From Ptychomitrium polyphyllum (Eukaryota), in the NCBI GenBank assembly GCA_973851085.1, contig OZ316776.1, forward strand, positions 11,780,001 through 11,844,000: DNA of 64,000 bases, read 5' to 3'. The position numbers and the translations under genes are program-made. The notes beneath the pieces were generated by a model. The model was given only the letters and a program-made list of their open reading frames with translations, did not search any database and had not been told where the DNA came from. Positions 14,526 to 27,495 of this stretch are shown one piece after another (position 1 is the stretch's first letter; each line of letters starts with the position of its first letter).

Positions 14526-17017
14526 ATGTCGGAACTAGATGATGATAGGGACGAGGAGTGGTTCAAGGAGGTATACGGTACAGAGTACACCGGCCCACCC
14601 AGAGCTGCAGGTGGTACGAAAAGAGGGGCTGAACCAGCCCCTGCAAAAGTTGCTATTAAACGTCCTCCCAACCTCAGTGATTCTGAAGAAGATGATGAGC
14701 CACGAGATCCCAATGCAGTCCCTACAGACTTCACCAGTCGGGAGGCAAAAGTTTGGGAGGCCAAGGCTAAGGCTGTAGAAAGGAATTGGAAACGCAGGAA
14801 GGAAGAAGAGCTCACTTGCCGTCTTTGTGGTGAGGTTGGCCACTTTGCACAGGTAAGCGATGTCGTCTTTCAAGAAAATTGTTTCCAGGGAAGGCGGTTT
14901 TACCTGTGGATGAAGAGTGTCGGCTCGTGATGACATAGCATAGATAGTGCGAGATGGAAGCGCTGTAATGATTGTTCGGAACTGCTTTTGGTAATCGGAT
15001 TGCGCTGCTGTGTTCACAGTGGTAAAGAAGTTATTGCACTCGTATGCAGGGCTGTCCAACGACACTTGGCGGTATTCGCAAGGCTGGAGAAGTTGTAGAA
15101 CGTATTCCACTTCGCGATAAGCGACTGAAGCCTAGACTTATAGGCACCGGAGGTTCTATTGTACAGGGAATTGAAAAAGAGACTGGTTGCCGACTAAAGC
15201 TTGAAGATAATTTAAGCATTGGAAACGGGGCTTTTTTTGTGAAGATTACTGGGCCTGATAGAATGGCAGTGAACAAGGCAATGGCATGTGTCAATAAACT
15301 TGTAGACCAAGTAGAAGACGAGTGGAAGCAACAGGCTGGTGCTCGGAAGTCTCAGGGGAGAGATCGGGAAAGGGGAGAAAGAGCAGGAGCTTATCAAGGT
15401 GGGAATGCAGCTGGAAATCCCATCATATCCGCTCCAATGCAGCTTGTTTCAGTGCAAAGACATCCACATGAGAACAGCACTCTAGGAGGTCCTGGTCGCA
15501 GGGGAGACTTGACCACCCCACCATTGGATGAAGAGAAGCGCACGATTGAGCACATAGCGTCACAGCTGGAGGCTCGTAGGCAGTGGAAAGCCGTGTCGGG
15601 CTCTTCGCAGCAGTCCTTGAATGGCTCATATAAAGAGGGTAAGTCAAGCCCTTAGCCCTAAGTACACCATCGTAAACAGACTCTCTTAGAGCAGATACAT
15701 TGAGAAAGGGTGTAGGAAAGACCTTGTGTGACATAAACAATAATGGTTTGTTTGTTTCCCACAAAGAAAAGAAGGAAATTATGCATCCTTTCTTGAAAGT
15801 TACCCCACCTAGCTCCCTCGCCTGGAGCCTTTCAGGTAAGTTTCTGCTCGATCGATAATCTTGCGATTTCTATATTATTGGGATCGGATTCAAATGGTCC
15901 GCCGAGACAGGCTCAGCAATACTTGTGCACTGAAAGTCATGAAGATCGCGAGGTGCGGTAAGTGGCAATCTTCCCTCCTGTCTGTGGGTTCGGATTAAAC
16001 GGTGTAGCCCACTCAGCGCGACCTAATCAGAGGATACCCCCTCATGCTTTACCCCTCATTTTCATGAAGGCCGCTCTGCTTCAGGAGTCGGGAGCTTGCC
16101 ACCAGCTCACCAGGCTGGGAAAGTAAATGGCGCAAGTGCATATTACCCAGACACTGCTGTGTCATACCCTAGTCAGGCTGAGCACGAGCTGGAGATGGAC
16201 CTGGAGTACGATGTCCAGAGCCTGGATGAACTTGAACGCCGATTCCTGGAGGAGACGATTGAGCTTACCAAGGACCAGAACAAGGAAGAGGACAAAGAAA
16301 ATGCTCGCCACCGGGAGGTAAATTGTCGTCTTCATCGAAACCAAGTGTTTGTTGTCCTTACTCATTGATTGCAAGAACGGCGATGCAGTAAGGCTTTTGC
16401 TCTTTGAACCACAATTGAAAATGAGAATTGTGCATTAACAATATCTATCTGCGTTATGTTTCCAGAGGCTCCGAGAGATACAGGAGCAATTTCAGCATAA
16501 GATGACAAAACTACGAGCAAAACAAGCTAAGAACCGGGAGGATTTTTTGCGGGCTGAATCTCAGAGGCGCTATCAAACGTCATCTGGAGCCCCAAATTAT
16601 TCACACTACCAATATGGGGGCTCGGGGGGCTCGCTGCCACCGCCACCTGCCCGATCTGCCTCAAATTATGTCGATCCTCTACCTTCGCGTGCTGTTTCAG
16701 CTTACGTCGATCCATTACCCCAATATGAGGGCCCTTATGAGGGCAGCTATGACCAGGGTTTTGACAAGGGTTATGATCAGAATCCGGCAGACTCGTCAGG
16801 CCTCCAGTCCATTCGATCAACTGCATACGACTCTTACCCTGAGGCGTCTTACTCTCCAGGTGCAGCTTCCTACAACAGAAAACAAGGAACCTATGACAAG
16901 CCAGGGTACGATAAGGCTGGGTATGACGGTAGTAATGCGTACAACACTAAATCTCAGGTGTATGACGCTAAACCCTACCCATATGGAACCACTTCCCAGT
17001 ACCCTGCTTATGGGTGA
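14526..17017 (+). CDS. CCHC zinc-knuckle + KH-domain RNA-binding protein with Tyr/Gly/Ser-rich C-terminus; exons 14526-14852, 15050-15638, 16085-16317, 16466-17017
   Basis: DPNAVPTDFTSREAKVWEAK...CRLCGEVGHFAQ|GCP (CX2CX4HX4C across the intron) and KH motif RLIGTGGSIVQGIEKETGCRLKL. In-frame GT-AG joins. Resembles the At3g62330 family (recalled). Confidence 0.88.
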
Positions 17018-18131
17018 AGATTTGAGAAGGTTGATCGGTGGGGTCCAAGAGTATGATGAAGTCAACGAAGGTCATTCATTGATGCATCAGGCTCAATTTG
17101 TAAGAAATTTTAGGCGTCCTGCTTCAAATTCAGCAACAAAGGTTTGGACAGGTATAAGACTGCTGTTCAGGTTACCTGTCGAGGATGTTGTCATGCTAAC
17201 AGAAGGATTTTTTGCTTACTTCTAAGAAACTTATCTCATGTTTAGACACAGAGAACGGCCAAATTATGAGGAAATTTATTATGTACTTGTTTTTCTGCTC
17301 TATTAGAAAGCATGAGCCTGTCCTGAAGTTTGAGGGTGTTACATTTAGTTCTGTTCTTGACAGTCAAATGTGTATTCAAATGCTTTACCATCACTTCAAT
17401 GTAAGGAGCCGCAGAACAACTCTTGTACAATTTCAAGTAAGGTTGCAGCTAGTTTGTAAGATCTTTACCCTGGAACTCCTTGGACCCTTCTTCAGCTTAT
17501 GAAGCTACTTAGTGGCGTCCTCATACTTATATCGAATGGCAATGGATAGTGAACGCTCAGCAAAATGATAGGGACTATTTACGTTGTCTGCACTACATTA
17601 TCGTATTGTGCCCAGTCCTGCATGTATAATACGGTACCCTGCAGTACGTAATAATCACACTGAAAATCTCTACCAATTTTCTGAACATCTGCATTGTTTT
17701 CAAATGGTTAGTCGGTTTACCCGGAAGGTTAGACCAGGTGTGCAAGCAAGAAGGATCTCAGAATACCTGAAAATCATTTCAAAATTGTATTGATGATACT
17801 CGTGGACTGAACAGTTAACCATTCCATGAGTTGAGGTGCAATGTCTACAAGATTAGATTGGAGTCCACCACGGAGACAGAAGCGAGACTGGTACCAACAA
17901 ACATATCAACTGTCACATCCAAATACCATTCCCACAAATTTACGAAGTGCTTTTGAACAAGGGGTTTGTTATTGACAATATATATAGCAACATCCTTCCT
18001 GTGCTCAAATTGCAGAGGAATCAATCACGTTATCATTTTCTGCTGCACATGATATTGTAGAGAGCTGAAACTGGTTGGAGTCCAGGAGGATGATTGAGTG
18101 CCCTTGATGAAATTTCACTGTCTTAACTGAG

Positions 18132-20517
18132 TCATGCCTCGTTCTCTAATTTCTCTTCAGTCAGGGTTTTTTCAACGTCAATTACAAAACGATACTTGAC
18201 GTCGCTTTTCACAAGTCTCTCCATTGCCGTGTTCACGTATGACATGGGAATCTTCTCAATCATGCATGTGATGTTGTTCTTCCCGCAGAATTCCAACATT
18301 TCTTGCGTTTCAGCCACTCCACCAATCAGACTCCCGCCCACAAAACGTCGCCCTACGTACATAACCAACCAAATTGAGTAATTTTAAGCGAAACATTTCC
18401 CAATAATCTCAGCATGAGTCATGTCTGAACATGCACAGTTTCACGGGTACAAATTCTAGCGTTGTATTAATCGAAGGGAGAGAGACGAGCCAGAAATCTT
18501 TCTGTCATGTTTCTTTTCGTTCCAATTAGAGTCTGGAGTATTTCCAGAGTAAGCTTGTTGCTCCTTTCAATTCGTGTCATGCTTCCAAGAAACATTGCAC
18601 TCACCAAAGATGACCGAAGTTGGCGAGAGCTGTAAAGGACTTTCGGGAACGCCGACCAGAACAAGTTTCCCATTGGTTTTGAGAAGAGCGATGTAATCAT
18701 CCAGGGAGTGTACAGCTGATACAGTGTCAATAATGTAATCTATCGTCTTTTCAGCAGCCTGCACCAACATTTATGCATCAATCAGGGAGTTGAATTTAGC
18801 ACAAGTCGACCTCAAGGCTGACCAAATTAATTTCTTATTTAATTCTGGAATCTTTCCACGTAACTTTTTCAATGCATCAATAAGTTCGCTTTAACTTTAG
18901 ACCATCCACAGGAGTTCGACGCTTCAGCAATATTTTCTTGTTTACTCTTTTATCCAGTTCTCCCCTCTTTAATGAAGTCCCTTAAACCATAGGCAGATTA
19001 ATCTGAAATAAAAAGATTACTAGCACACAATAAAAATATTGTTGGCATTGTAGTCATACTTTCATCTTGGCTTTGTTGGTGCTGACTATGAAATCGTCAG
19101 CTCCAAGTATGTCACGCGCCTCCTTCTCTTTCCCAGGTGAAGTACTGAATATGGTCACCTTCAAACCAAAGGCTTTTGCAAACTTGACAGCCATGTGCCC
19201 AAGCCCACCTAAGCCTACCAAACCGAAGCTCTTTCCTTCCTCTGTCATCCCGAAATGCTTCATTGGACTGTATACTGTAATTCCTGCACATAGCAAGGGG
19301 GCCGCTGCATCCGCAGGCAAGTTCTCTGGCATTCGCAGCACGAACCTGTTGTCCAGCTCACCAAAATATCAGGTATACTCCTTACAAAGAACTGGAGGTA
19401 CAGGTAAGGAGTAACTTTTCTGATGGCAAATCCAAAGGGCTTGGGTGTCTTGGAGGTGTATTAGGACAGGGAAAATGATTTTACAAGTTTACTCACTTTC
19501 GGTTGCAAACCAGTTCTCCTGAGTAGCCTCCGTAAGTTGGGGTACCATCTTCACCAACAGCGTTGTACGTCCAGATTACTTTAGGACAGAATTGCTCAAG
19601 CCCATTGTCACATGATTCACAGGAATGACATGAGTGAACCATGCATCCGACACCAATTGCTTGACCCACTTTGAAATCGTCCACCTTAGATCCGACTTCT
19701 TTCACCACTCCCACAACTTCATGCCTGCAAAGAAAATCATTCTCAACCGGTATTACGAAAGTTAGCCGAGTCCTGATTGCAGTATGCGAAGTATCATCTT
19801 CATTGAAGACTCCCTGCGCCGACTTTACAAGATGGTACATATTACTCTTACAGGAAATATACATGTTACCATCATGAATGCAAGTGTGAAAAGTTGACTC
19901 CACGATATTGTATATTAACATAAATTGCGAGGGTAAGTATTTCACCCAGGAACCATGGGATATGTCGAATTTTTCCAGTCATTGCGAATTTGATGCAAAT
20001 CAGAATGGCATATTCCGCAGTACGTAACCTTCATTCTCACGTCGTGAATACCAGTAGCTCTGTATTGAAGCCAAATGCAATATTATTAGTTTCGTGTAAA
20101 GTTGTGACACGACCTTAATTATTCGAATGTTCGACTATGAATGCAGGTGGGGCTCGCCAGTAATTCAGAGTATATTTAAAATCCAATGAGCAAGGTGAAT
20201 CCCTTAAACGGCTCTAGTGGCATGCAATTACGTTATTAAGAAAGAATGCATATCGGCACACATCATTCCGATCGCTGGCTTCAGTAGGACATAGATCCAT
20301 TTTCAGATATACTGAAACAATTCTCTCGCCTTCACGAAGCTCAAACCCCCTGCCTGCAGTGCTTAAATGGCCAGAAAACCAGACTCTTACTAGATGCAAA
20401 ACCGTAGTTACAGAATTTAACTAATTCGGACCTGCGGGTGAATTTGAAGGGAGCAAGGTGGCCAGACTTGTCCTGTGCAGCCCACCCCAGAGTCTCCTCA
20501 TCCCCTGCTCCTCCCAT
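18132..20517 (-). CDS. CAD: Cinnamyl alcohol dehydrogenase-family Zn-dependent MDR; exons 20432-20517, 19946-20059, 19497-19724, 19060-19345, 18605-18758, 18132-18352
   Basis: [16 protein letters not shown], structural Zn motif [28 protein letters not shown] and C-terminal [10 protein letters not shown]. All junctions are GT-AG and in frame. Confidence 0.93.
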
Positions 20518-23500
20518 CGTTCGTGGATTTAACCAGATATAGAGCCTGGACAAATTGCCTTTGGAGTGTCTACACAGAATCGAAATACCATCAGTAACAA
20601 TGGTTGGGAACTAAAACTTTAACACGTATCATTGTGGCTTGAACATACCTTGAACATCTCATAGGCTGTCATTCGTGCCAAGGGGATTAATTTTCTAGCA
20701 GAAAGCAACGCTACTTTATATAAAGTGTCTGCCAACGATTGTGAAGATTAAATGCTGTTGATGAATTTGACTATCACGACAGAAGATCATTCTTTCTCAG
20801 ATTGTTCTCCAACGCCACATACAGAGATTTTATATATGGATTTCTGTACAATGTGTACTTGCAACATGAAGAGAGCACATGACTAACTTTTTCAGAGAGT
20901 AGGGCTGGCCAATACCTACTGGTCAAGCTTAACAAGTTTTTCTATCCAGGGTTGAATGGAGATGCTTAAAGTTATTAATCATGTGGTAGTAGCTTATTCC
21001 AGTTTATTGCATCTTACTACCGTACTTAATTTGCGATTGCATGTGATTAGAAAGAACAGTCAGTCTCCTTCTAATACATAGTGCATTCCAGAAGAGCAGC
21101 CCTCTCGTTAATTGGGAAATTAACTCTTATAGCCAAGTTGAGTTCATTCAGGACGTAACAGCATTAGGTACTGATAATTCTGCAGAGACGAGAGCCCTTT
21201 TTCAGGAAGACGACGCAAATTTAATTCTGGTGAAGTCAAGTCATCACAGGATGCTTTAACTTCCAATTATGTGCAAACACAGACATGATACTATGCAGTC
21301 TACCACACTAAAATACTCAATTCGTATATCCATATGCTTTCATCCTTTACATTGCCAAGAAAAGAATTGAAGTCCCAGGGTCCATGGCACACGCAACACA
21401 GAGCATAATGTCACCTACATTAAAGATAGCAAAAACGTACAGGGTTGAGTGTAGGGATATGATTAATTCGTGGTGTGCGAAGGCAGAACTGTTACAGATC
21501 TAGACTCGACCAAACCATATCTTGTGCAGATGTAATATATACTCTTTCGGATTAGAGAGGTTCAAGAGTTAGAGCCATAGCCGGGTAACCTGAGTCACTT
21601 GCTGTAAATTGTGGCAATGTGGATCCTGTCGGACCAGTGGTTGCAGCAGTGAATCTGTTATAGAAGAAATGAACTAGTTGAAAGCTAGCTGGAAGAAACA
21701 ACAGCACATGACAAAACGATAAGGAAGATAAACAACTACTCTGTGGACTCTTAAATAGGCAGCCTCAACCCTTCTTCAAACCAAGCTGTAGAAGAAGCCA
21801 TCTCTAAAAACTTAATAGACTTGACCCTTTGTGTGCTCTTCGATCACTTCGAGTCAAAGTGCCACCGTCTCGACAAACCAACATGTCTGCAGACGGTAGA
21901 AGCAGTCAGGCGTACCAAACCCTTTGGCATGTTTCAAAAGTGTGCTGCACTAACTCGTACAAGAAACTGCTGAGGCACTTACGAAGAGCGTACAAGGCTC
22001 AACAGAGGAAAAAGCAAAGGCGAATGACCCGATCAGTAACTGCAACGACCACTCATATCTACCACCTCCTATCTACTCCGAAGTATCCAAAACAACAAAA
22101 AAACTGCGACTAGCTGATATCCATCCTCAATTACGAAGCTGCTACACCACATCAAAGAAGCCATGAAGAGAGACACAGGAACGTCATTACTTTCAGGTGA
22201 TGAGCCAATAATTGACAGCACAATTAGCTCCGCTCTTGAGCACTGCACAGGCACATACTGGTGCTGCAAACAGCGGGTTTGTGAGAGCCAAGAAGTGGAA
22301 GCAACGGGATCTGCTGGGGATCTGCAAAGCTTGGGAGCCCTGTAACGGAGCATGGACTGCAAAGATTGCGAAGCTGCAGAGCTTGCAAGTGCCATGGCGC
22401 ATGAAGCCTGCCGTGGGCCATCTTTTTATACTTGTGTACGCCTTCCTTTGGGGACCCACGTCTTTTGGAGTTTCTTCTCCCTTTCTTTGTCTTCCAGTTT
22501 TATCATCTTTTCTTTTTCTTCTTTCTTTTACAGGAAGCTCTTCTCGGGGTTGCTTCTTTCTGGCTGCCTCACTTTTCATTTTACTCACTTTATGGTACAC
22601 TATTTATTTTCTTTATGGTACACGCACTAATTGGTTAAAGACAACTATGTCTTTTTATACAAGGTGAATATTTCAATTGAGTATGTTCATGGGCATTTTC
22701 CCATATAAGGTGTGTTTGTATTTCAAACCTCCAACATATTTTGTGAAAATCTCACATGGCTTATAATAATGTCATACATGATGTTTAAGTGAATTTTAAG
22801 TTATGATATTTTGAATAGTGTTCTTTATAAAAAGGTCTAAGAGAATATTGATGGTTCATTCATTAAAACAAGAAAAAATGTTAGTTGCAAATATCATGTT
22901 TTCATGAATACAATGTTTTTAATAAGAGTGTTTTTTTTTTTGTAAATTTATAGCATTGAATACATGCTTAGTATATTTTAGACAAAAAAAAACAAATAGG
23001 AATGTTGGTGAATGGTATTGTTGGTGTATTTTACCTAAAAAGGTTGCTTTTTATAAGAAGAAAGTCATTTGGTTATTCAAAAGATTTCAAATTCAAATTA
23101 GCGCAATGTTGAAATATTTGAGAGAATTTAATAAAAAAATGTTGAGATATTGAAGAGATTTTTTATTCATACAATATAATAGAAATTTTATAAAGTTATA
23201 AGAAATAATATTATATTCTATGTATAATTTTTTTGAATATATATATATTTTGAATGGCCTTTGTGCCAAAATTAAATCAATTAGCACCAAGATTGTTAAA
23301 CTTAATTTTAAAATGCTAAACCTTGTAAGATATAGGAGCAAATATCTTTAAAAATCTTACGAAGTATAATTTGTTGTAAATGGATTAAAAATAATTTCAC
23401 CAATGTAAAAACCAAATGATCAAGTCAATTATTTACAATGTTCCTATTATTTTACATATACATTTACATTTTCATTCATATGCCTTATGTCATTGGCTCA

Positions 23501-26486
23501 ATCATTGTAACCAATTTATAGTTTAAACTTGTGAAAACTTTTAATTGTTTTTGCAAGTTTTTCAATGATTTCAAACACACTTCCATTGACCTCACTATTT
23601 TGGAAAGTTAAGATGTCATTACAAATGAATAGAATAAAATTTCTTCCTTAATATATAGATGTTTGAAATAGGGGATTCTAAAAATATGGTCCCATTAATA
23701 CAACTAGTGAGAAATATTGTATATTTTTATGGCTTACTTAATTTTAAATCTTAAATTCATGTTTATGGTTAATACATTCTTCATGTTTAAAGATTTTCAT
23801 TAGAATTGCAATGGAACAATTTGAAATGTGTTTTAATTTGTTTACAATGCATATGTGCATGTCATGAATGAACCCAACAACTAAGTTTACAGTGTAATTT
23901 TTGTTTCATGCGTTTGTAGTAGAAAACAAATGATAGCCATTTTTATGGTTGGCAAACAAAGAAACAGCACAACAACGTTTGTTATTTGTGATGGTGTAAT
24001 GCTCCTCTAACCATTTGAAGATTCAACAATTCAGCATGGAAGAAGACTTTGGTATAAACTTCTCGAAACCATCCTTGGCAAATCTTTCTTTTCAACTGGG
24101 ATATGTACATGTAAACGATCAAATAAAAAGGCTGCACACGGCTCTTCACATGAAGATTTGTTATTTCCCCAAACCAGCCAAGCATGAGAGGAAGGAACAG
24201 AGGGAGGAAGCTAGTAGACTGGGCCACCAGAGACTTGCTAGAATCGGTAGACTGCATGTTGGAATCATGGGTGCAATGTTCGGTAAAGGAGAAACTTGGA
24301 ATAAAATTACTCGTGCCTGATAACAGATGGAGGTCAAAAGGGTGCCACTAGCCAAAGTGGATTCCAGGTGAGCCAGGTGATTGTGCAGTGCACCCTCGGA
24401 ACAAGGGATGAGTCCCGGATCTCACAGATCTTGCAGTCCATTCTACCAACTTGCTACCTCTAATGCTGATGTATCATCATCTGAGTCTGTGTTCCTATGA
24501 CTGCAAGTGCTCTGTCGAATTTGAATTTTATCAAGGTTTGGTGGTTTCACCTTTCCATGATGCCACTACGATACTGATGGTGAGTGCGCTGGGGAGCTGA
24601 TATTTAGGGCCGGTGCTGGGTTACAAGTTCTTGCCTCAAAAGCTTCGGGGCTAAATACTGTGGACAGTTGCCCTTGTGAGTATGATAGAAAACCAAGTTC
24701 ACAGTGGGATTGTTCACACAAATGCTTTTTGAAAGTCACTGCCTAATTGTGATATCAATTGGTTGAGAGGAAAAGGAAAAGTCAACTTCACTTTATATCA
24801 AACTTTACTTTCTATTAAAATTCCTATGCAATGGCAGGTTTTGTGGTTTCACACAGGTATTTAATGTCATGTTCATGCATGACCAGGTGATGTCTTTAGA
24901 AATTAATGTACTCTGACACCCCTCGCATCACATTCTCCTCTCAACATAGACCAAAGAAGTGGAGGAACAAGTCCCAGGTACACTTGGGGCTCCTTGTGAT
25001 GTTTCAAGTACCCAAGAGTACCTGTGATAATTTCAACAACCTGCTTCTTCCAAGTCCTTTTGCAGTATATGGTTACGATTACATGCTTCTATATCATGAT
25101 TAGAACCTAAAATTTGACAGACAATCACGTTATGAAACTTCTCTACTTCTCATCCAACTTAAGCGAAGGAAATTACTTCTTACTGAAAAGAAGTCTATTT
25201 TAACTTCCAGAAGAAAGTATTCAAGATAAACAAGTTGCATATATTGGAGGTTTCAGTATAATTGTAGCCTCATTAATACAGTTTGTTTGTTGCACAAACA
25301 TACAAATATTAGCTGTGAGTGATTTGCACGGATCTGTGTGCAAAACAAGGAGCTTGCTAGTAGATGTGTGAGGGAAGTTAGTTTGCAATAGTACCTGCCC
25401 TTGCGTTGTTATTTATTAGTGGTCAGTCAGGCTGCAATTCGAACCCACACATGGAAGAAAGTCACAGAACCAAGCATCATAGAGTTACATGATAATTAAA
25501 AGGTCCTATAAATTTGTGTTTTTGATTCAGACTATAATTCAATGGCGTTTCTGTTGCAATCCTCTTTGCAAAGAAAAGGATAGTTGTAACAGAAAATCTC
25601 ACTTACCGGCGTATTGCGGAACAGAGTTCTTCTAAGAATCTAGTTTCGAATTATATTCTTCATAATTGTGATCACTCTCTTGCATAAGCATCTCATGTGC
25701 AGGTGACTGCAACGACAAATCAAAATTGCTTTCTTGTATCTTTATAATTCAATTCACACTTGCATCGCCACAGCATGGCACACAGTGACAAAAAGACCAA
25801 CAAAAGCAAACAAGAGCTCCACTTTCATTGAGCAAGTCAACCTACTTGCAGCAACTAGAAACATCTTTCCTACAGAACTCGGTGGTTTCAAAAGGAGACT
25901 GAAAAAACCAGTGTGAAAATAAATTTCGAAAATGACTCAAAGCAAATCATCGTCATTCAGATTGTATACTGTACATCACAGGTACATTCGTGGGATTCAC
26001 GGACTGTCAAAAGGAAAGAAACTGTACCTACAGAGATGGCAAACACATCGTAACTCGTAAGTAACAACACAGAAATTCAGATGACTAAGACAACTTACAG
26101 TGTTGCATATATCTGCAAACCTCGCATTCTGCTGAACGTCTTCGACAAGAAACCATGTCTCGGCATGCGAAATGCCAAATTACCCCTGCAGAACACTAAG
26201 GGGCTTGGTCGCCGAGCATAGCAATAACGATAAACAGCAGGAAACATCATTGAAAGCGAGATAACCAAGACACATTGCAGCCAACGAGGTTGATCCAAAA
26301 TAAGAATTGCTCTTTATACATAATAGATCCAAGATCCAAGAAATATATACAATCTGTTATTCACAGAATATTCATGCAATTCAGCCTCTCATTAAATTTC
26401 TAGTGAATATGATCAGTCCCCTCCATGATATTTGAGAGCTCTCTCAAATGTCACCTCTAGGTACCAAATTTTTTTGCTCAGGACGA

Positions 26487-27260
26487 CTAAACAGAGCCAC
26501 CATTAACACGAATCACCTGGGCGTTCAGCCACTGCCCCTCATTACTAACAACGAACAGGACAACAGTGGCGATGTCTTCAGGCTCTCCCAAACGCTCAAG
26601 CGGTGTCAATTTACTAATCATCTCTATCTGTGCTTCCGTTTTGCCTGCAAAGAACAAATCCGTCGCCACAGGGCCGGGCGCGACGCAATTGGCCGTAATC
26701 TGCTTCCCCCTCAACTCCTTCGCCAAAGTCCTGGTAAAGCATTCCACCGCGGCCTTGCTAGCAGAATAAGCAGCATAACCAGGAAGAACGGCGGAAACAA
26801 GACTCGTCGTAATGTTAACAATCCTCCCGCCAGCATTCGGCGGAACACGCTTCGCAGCTTCTCTAGAAACCAGAAAGGCTCCCTTCAAATTCACCGCCTG
26901 CACCTTATCCCACTCCTCCTCGGTCGTATCGGCCAGACTCGGATAATTGCTCAGAGAAACACCCGCGCTGTTCACCACGATATGAACCTCCCCGAACGCC
27001 TCTTTTGCCTTGTCAAAGAGCGCCGTCACCTCACTCGCCTTGCTCACATTCGCCTGCACCGCAATCGCCTTCCCCGCCAGCTTCTCCTTCTCAATCACCG
27101 CCAGCACCTCGTTCGCCTTCTCCACATTGCTTGAGAAATTCACCACCACGTTGGCTCCGTGCTTGGCCAGCAGAAGCGATATCCCCCGCCCAATCCCCTG
27201 CGACCCGCCCGTTACCACCGCCGTCTTCCCCGCCAAGCTCAACACAGCAGCCGACGCCAT
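26487..27260 (-). CDS. Intronless short-chain dehydrogenase/reductase (NADPH-dependent aldehyde reductase / 3-oxoacyl-ACP reductase-like), 257 aa
   Basis: TGGSQGIG, VNSAG, YSASK and NCVAPGPVAT motifs. Confidence 0.95.
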   Translation of the reverse strand: MASAAVLSLAGKTAVVTGGSQGIGRGISLLLAKHGANVVVNFSSNVEKANEVLAVIEKEKLAGKAIAVQANVSKASEVTALFDKAKEAFGEVHIVVNSAGVSLSNYPSLADTTEEEWDKVQAVNLKGAFLVSREAAKRVPPNAGGRIVNITTSLVSAVLPGYAAYSASKAAVECFTRTLAKELRGKQITANCVAPGPVATDLFFAGKTEAQIEMISKLTPLERLGEPEDIATVVLFVVSNEGQWLNAQVIRVNGGSV

Positions 27261-27315
27261 TGCTGCTGCAAACGTGCAAACTCTCCGCTACGCTGCTCCT
27301 CAACAATTCCGGCAA

Positions 27316-27495
27316 CACTCGCTCTCTTCACTTGCTCTTTTCACTCGCTCTCTTCACTTGCTCTTTTCACTCGCTCTCTTCACTTGCTCTTTTCACTCGC
27401 TCTCTTCACTTGCTCTTTTCACTCGCTCTCTTCACTTGCTCTTTTCACTCGCTCTGAACACTTGCTCTCGTCACTGGCTCTCGTCACTGGCCCTC
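27316..27495. repeat. Higher-order minisatellite: 5 x 26-bp (CACTCGCTCTCTT+CACTTGCTCTTTT) followed by degenerate 13-bp units
   Basis: Read directly; begins 55 bp upstream of the SDR ATG. Confidence 0.92.

Noticed and set aside
21629..21637. TCGGACCAG, matching the 5' end of miR166
   Set aside because: The match stops after 9 nt and I found no complementary arm.
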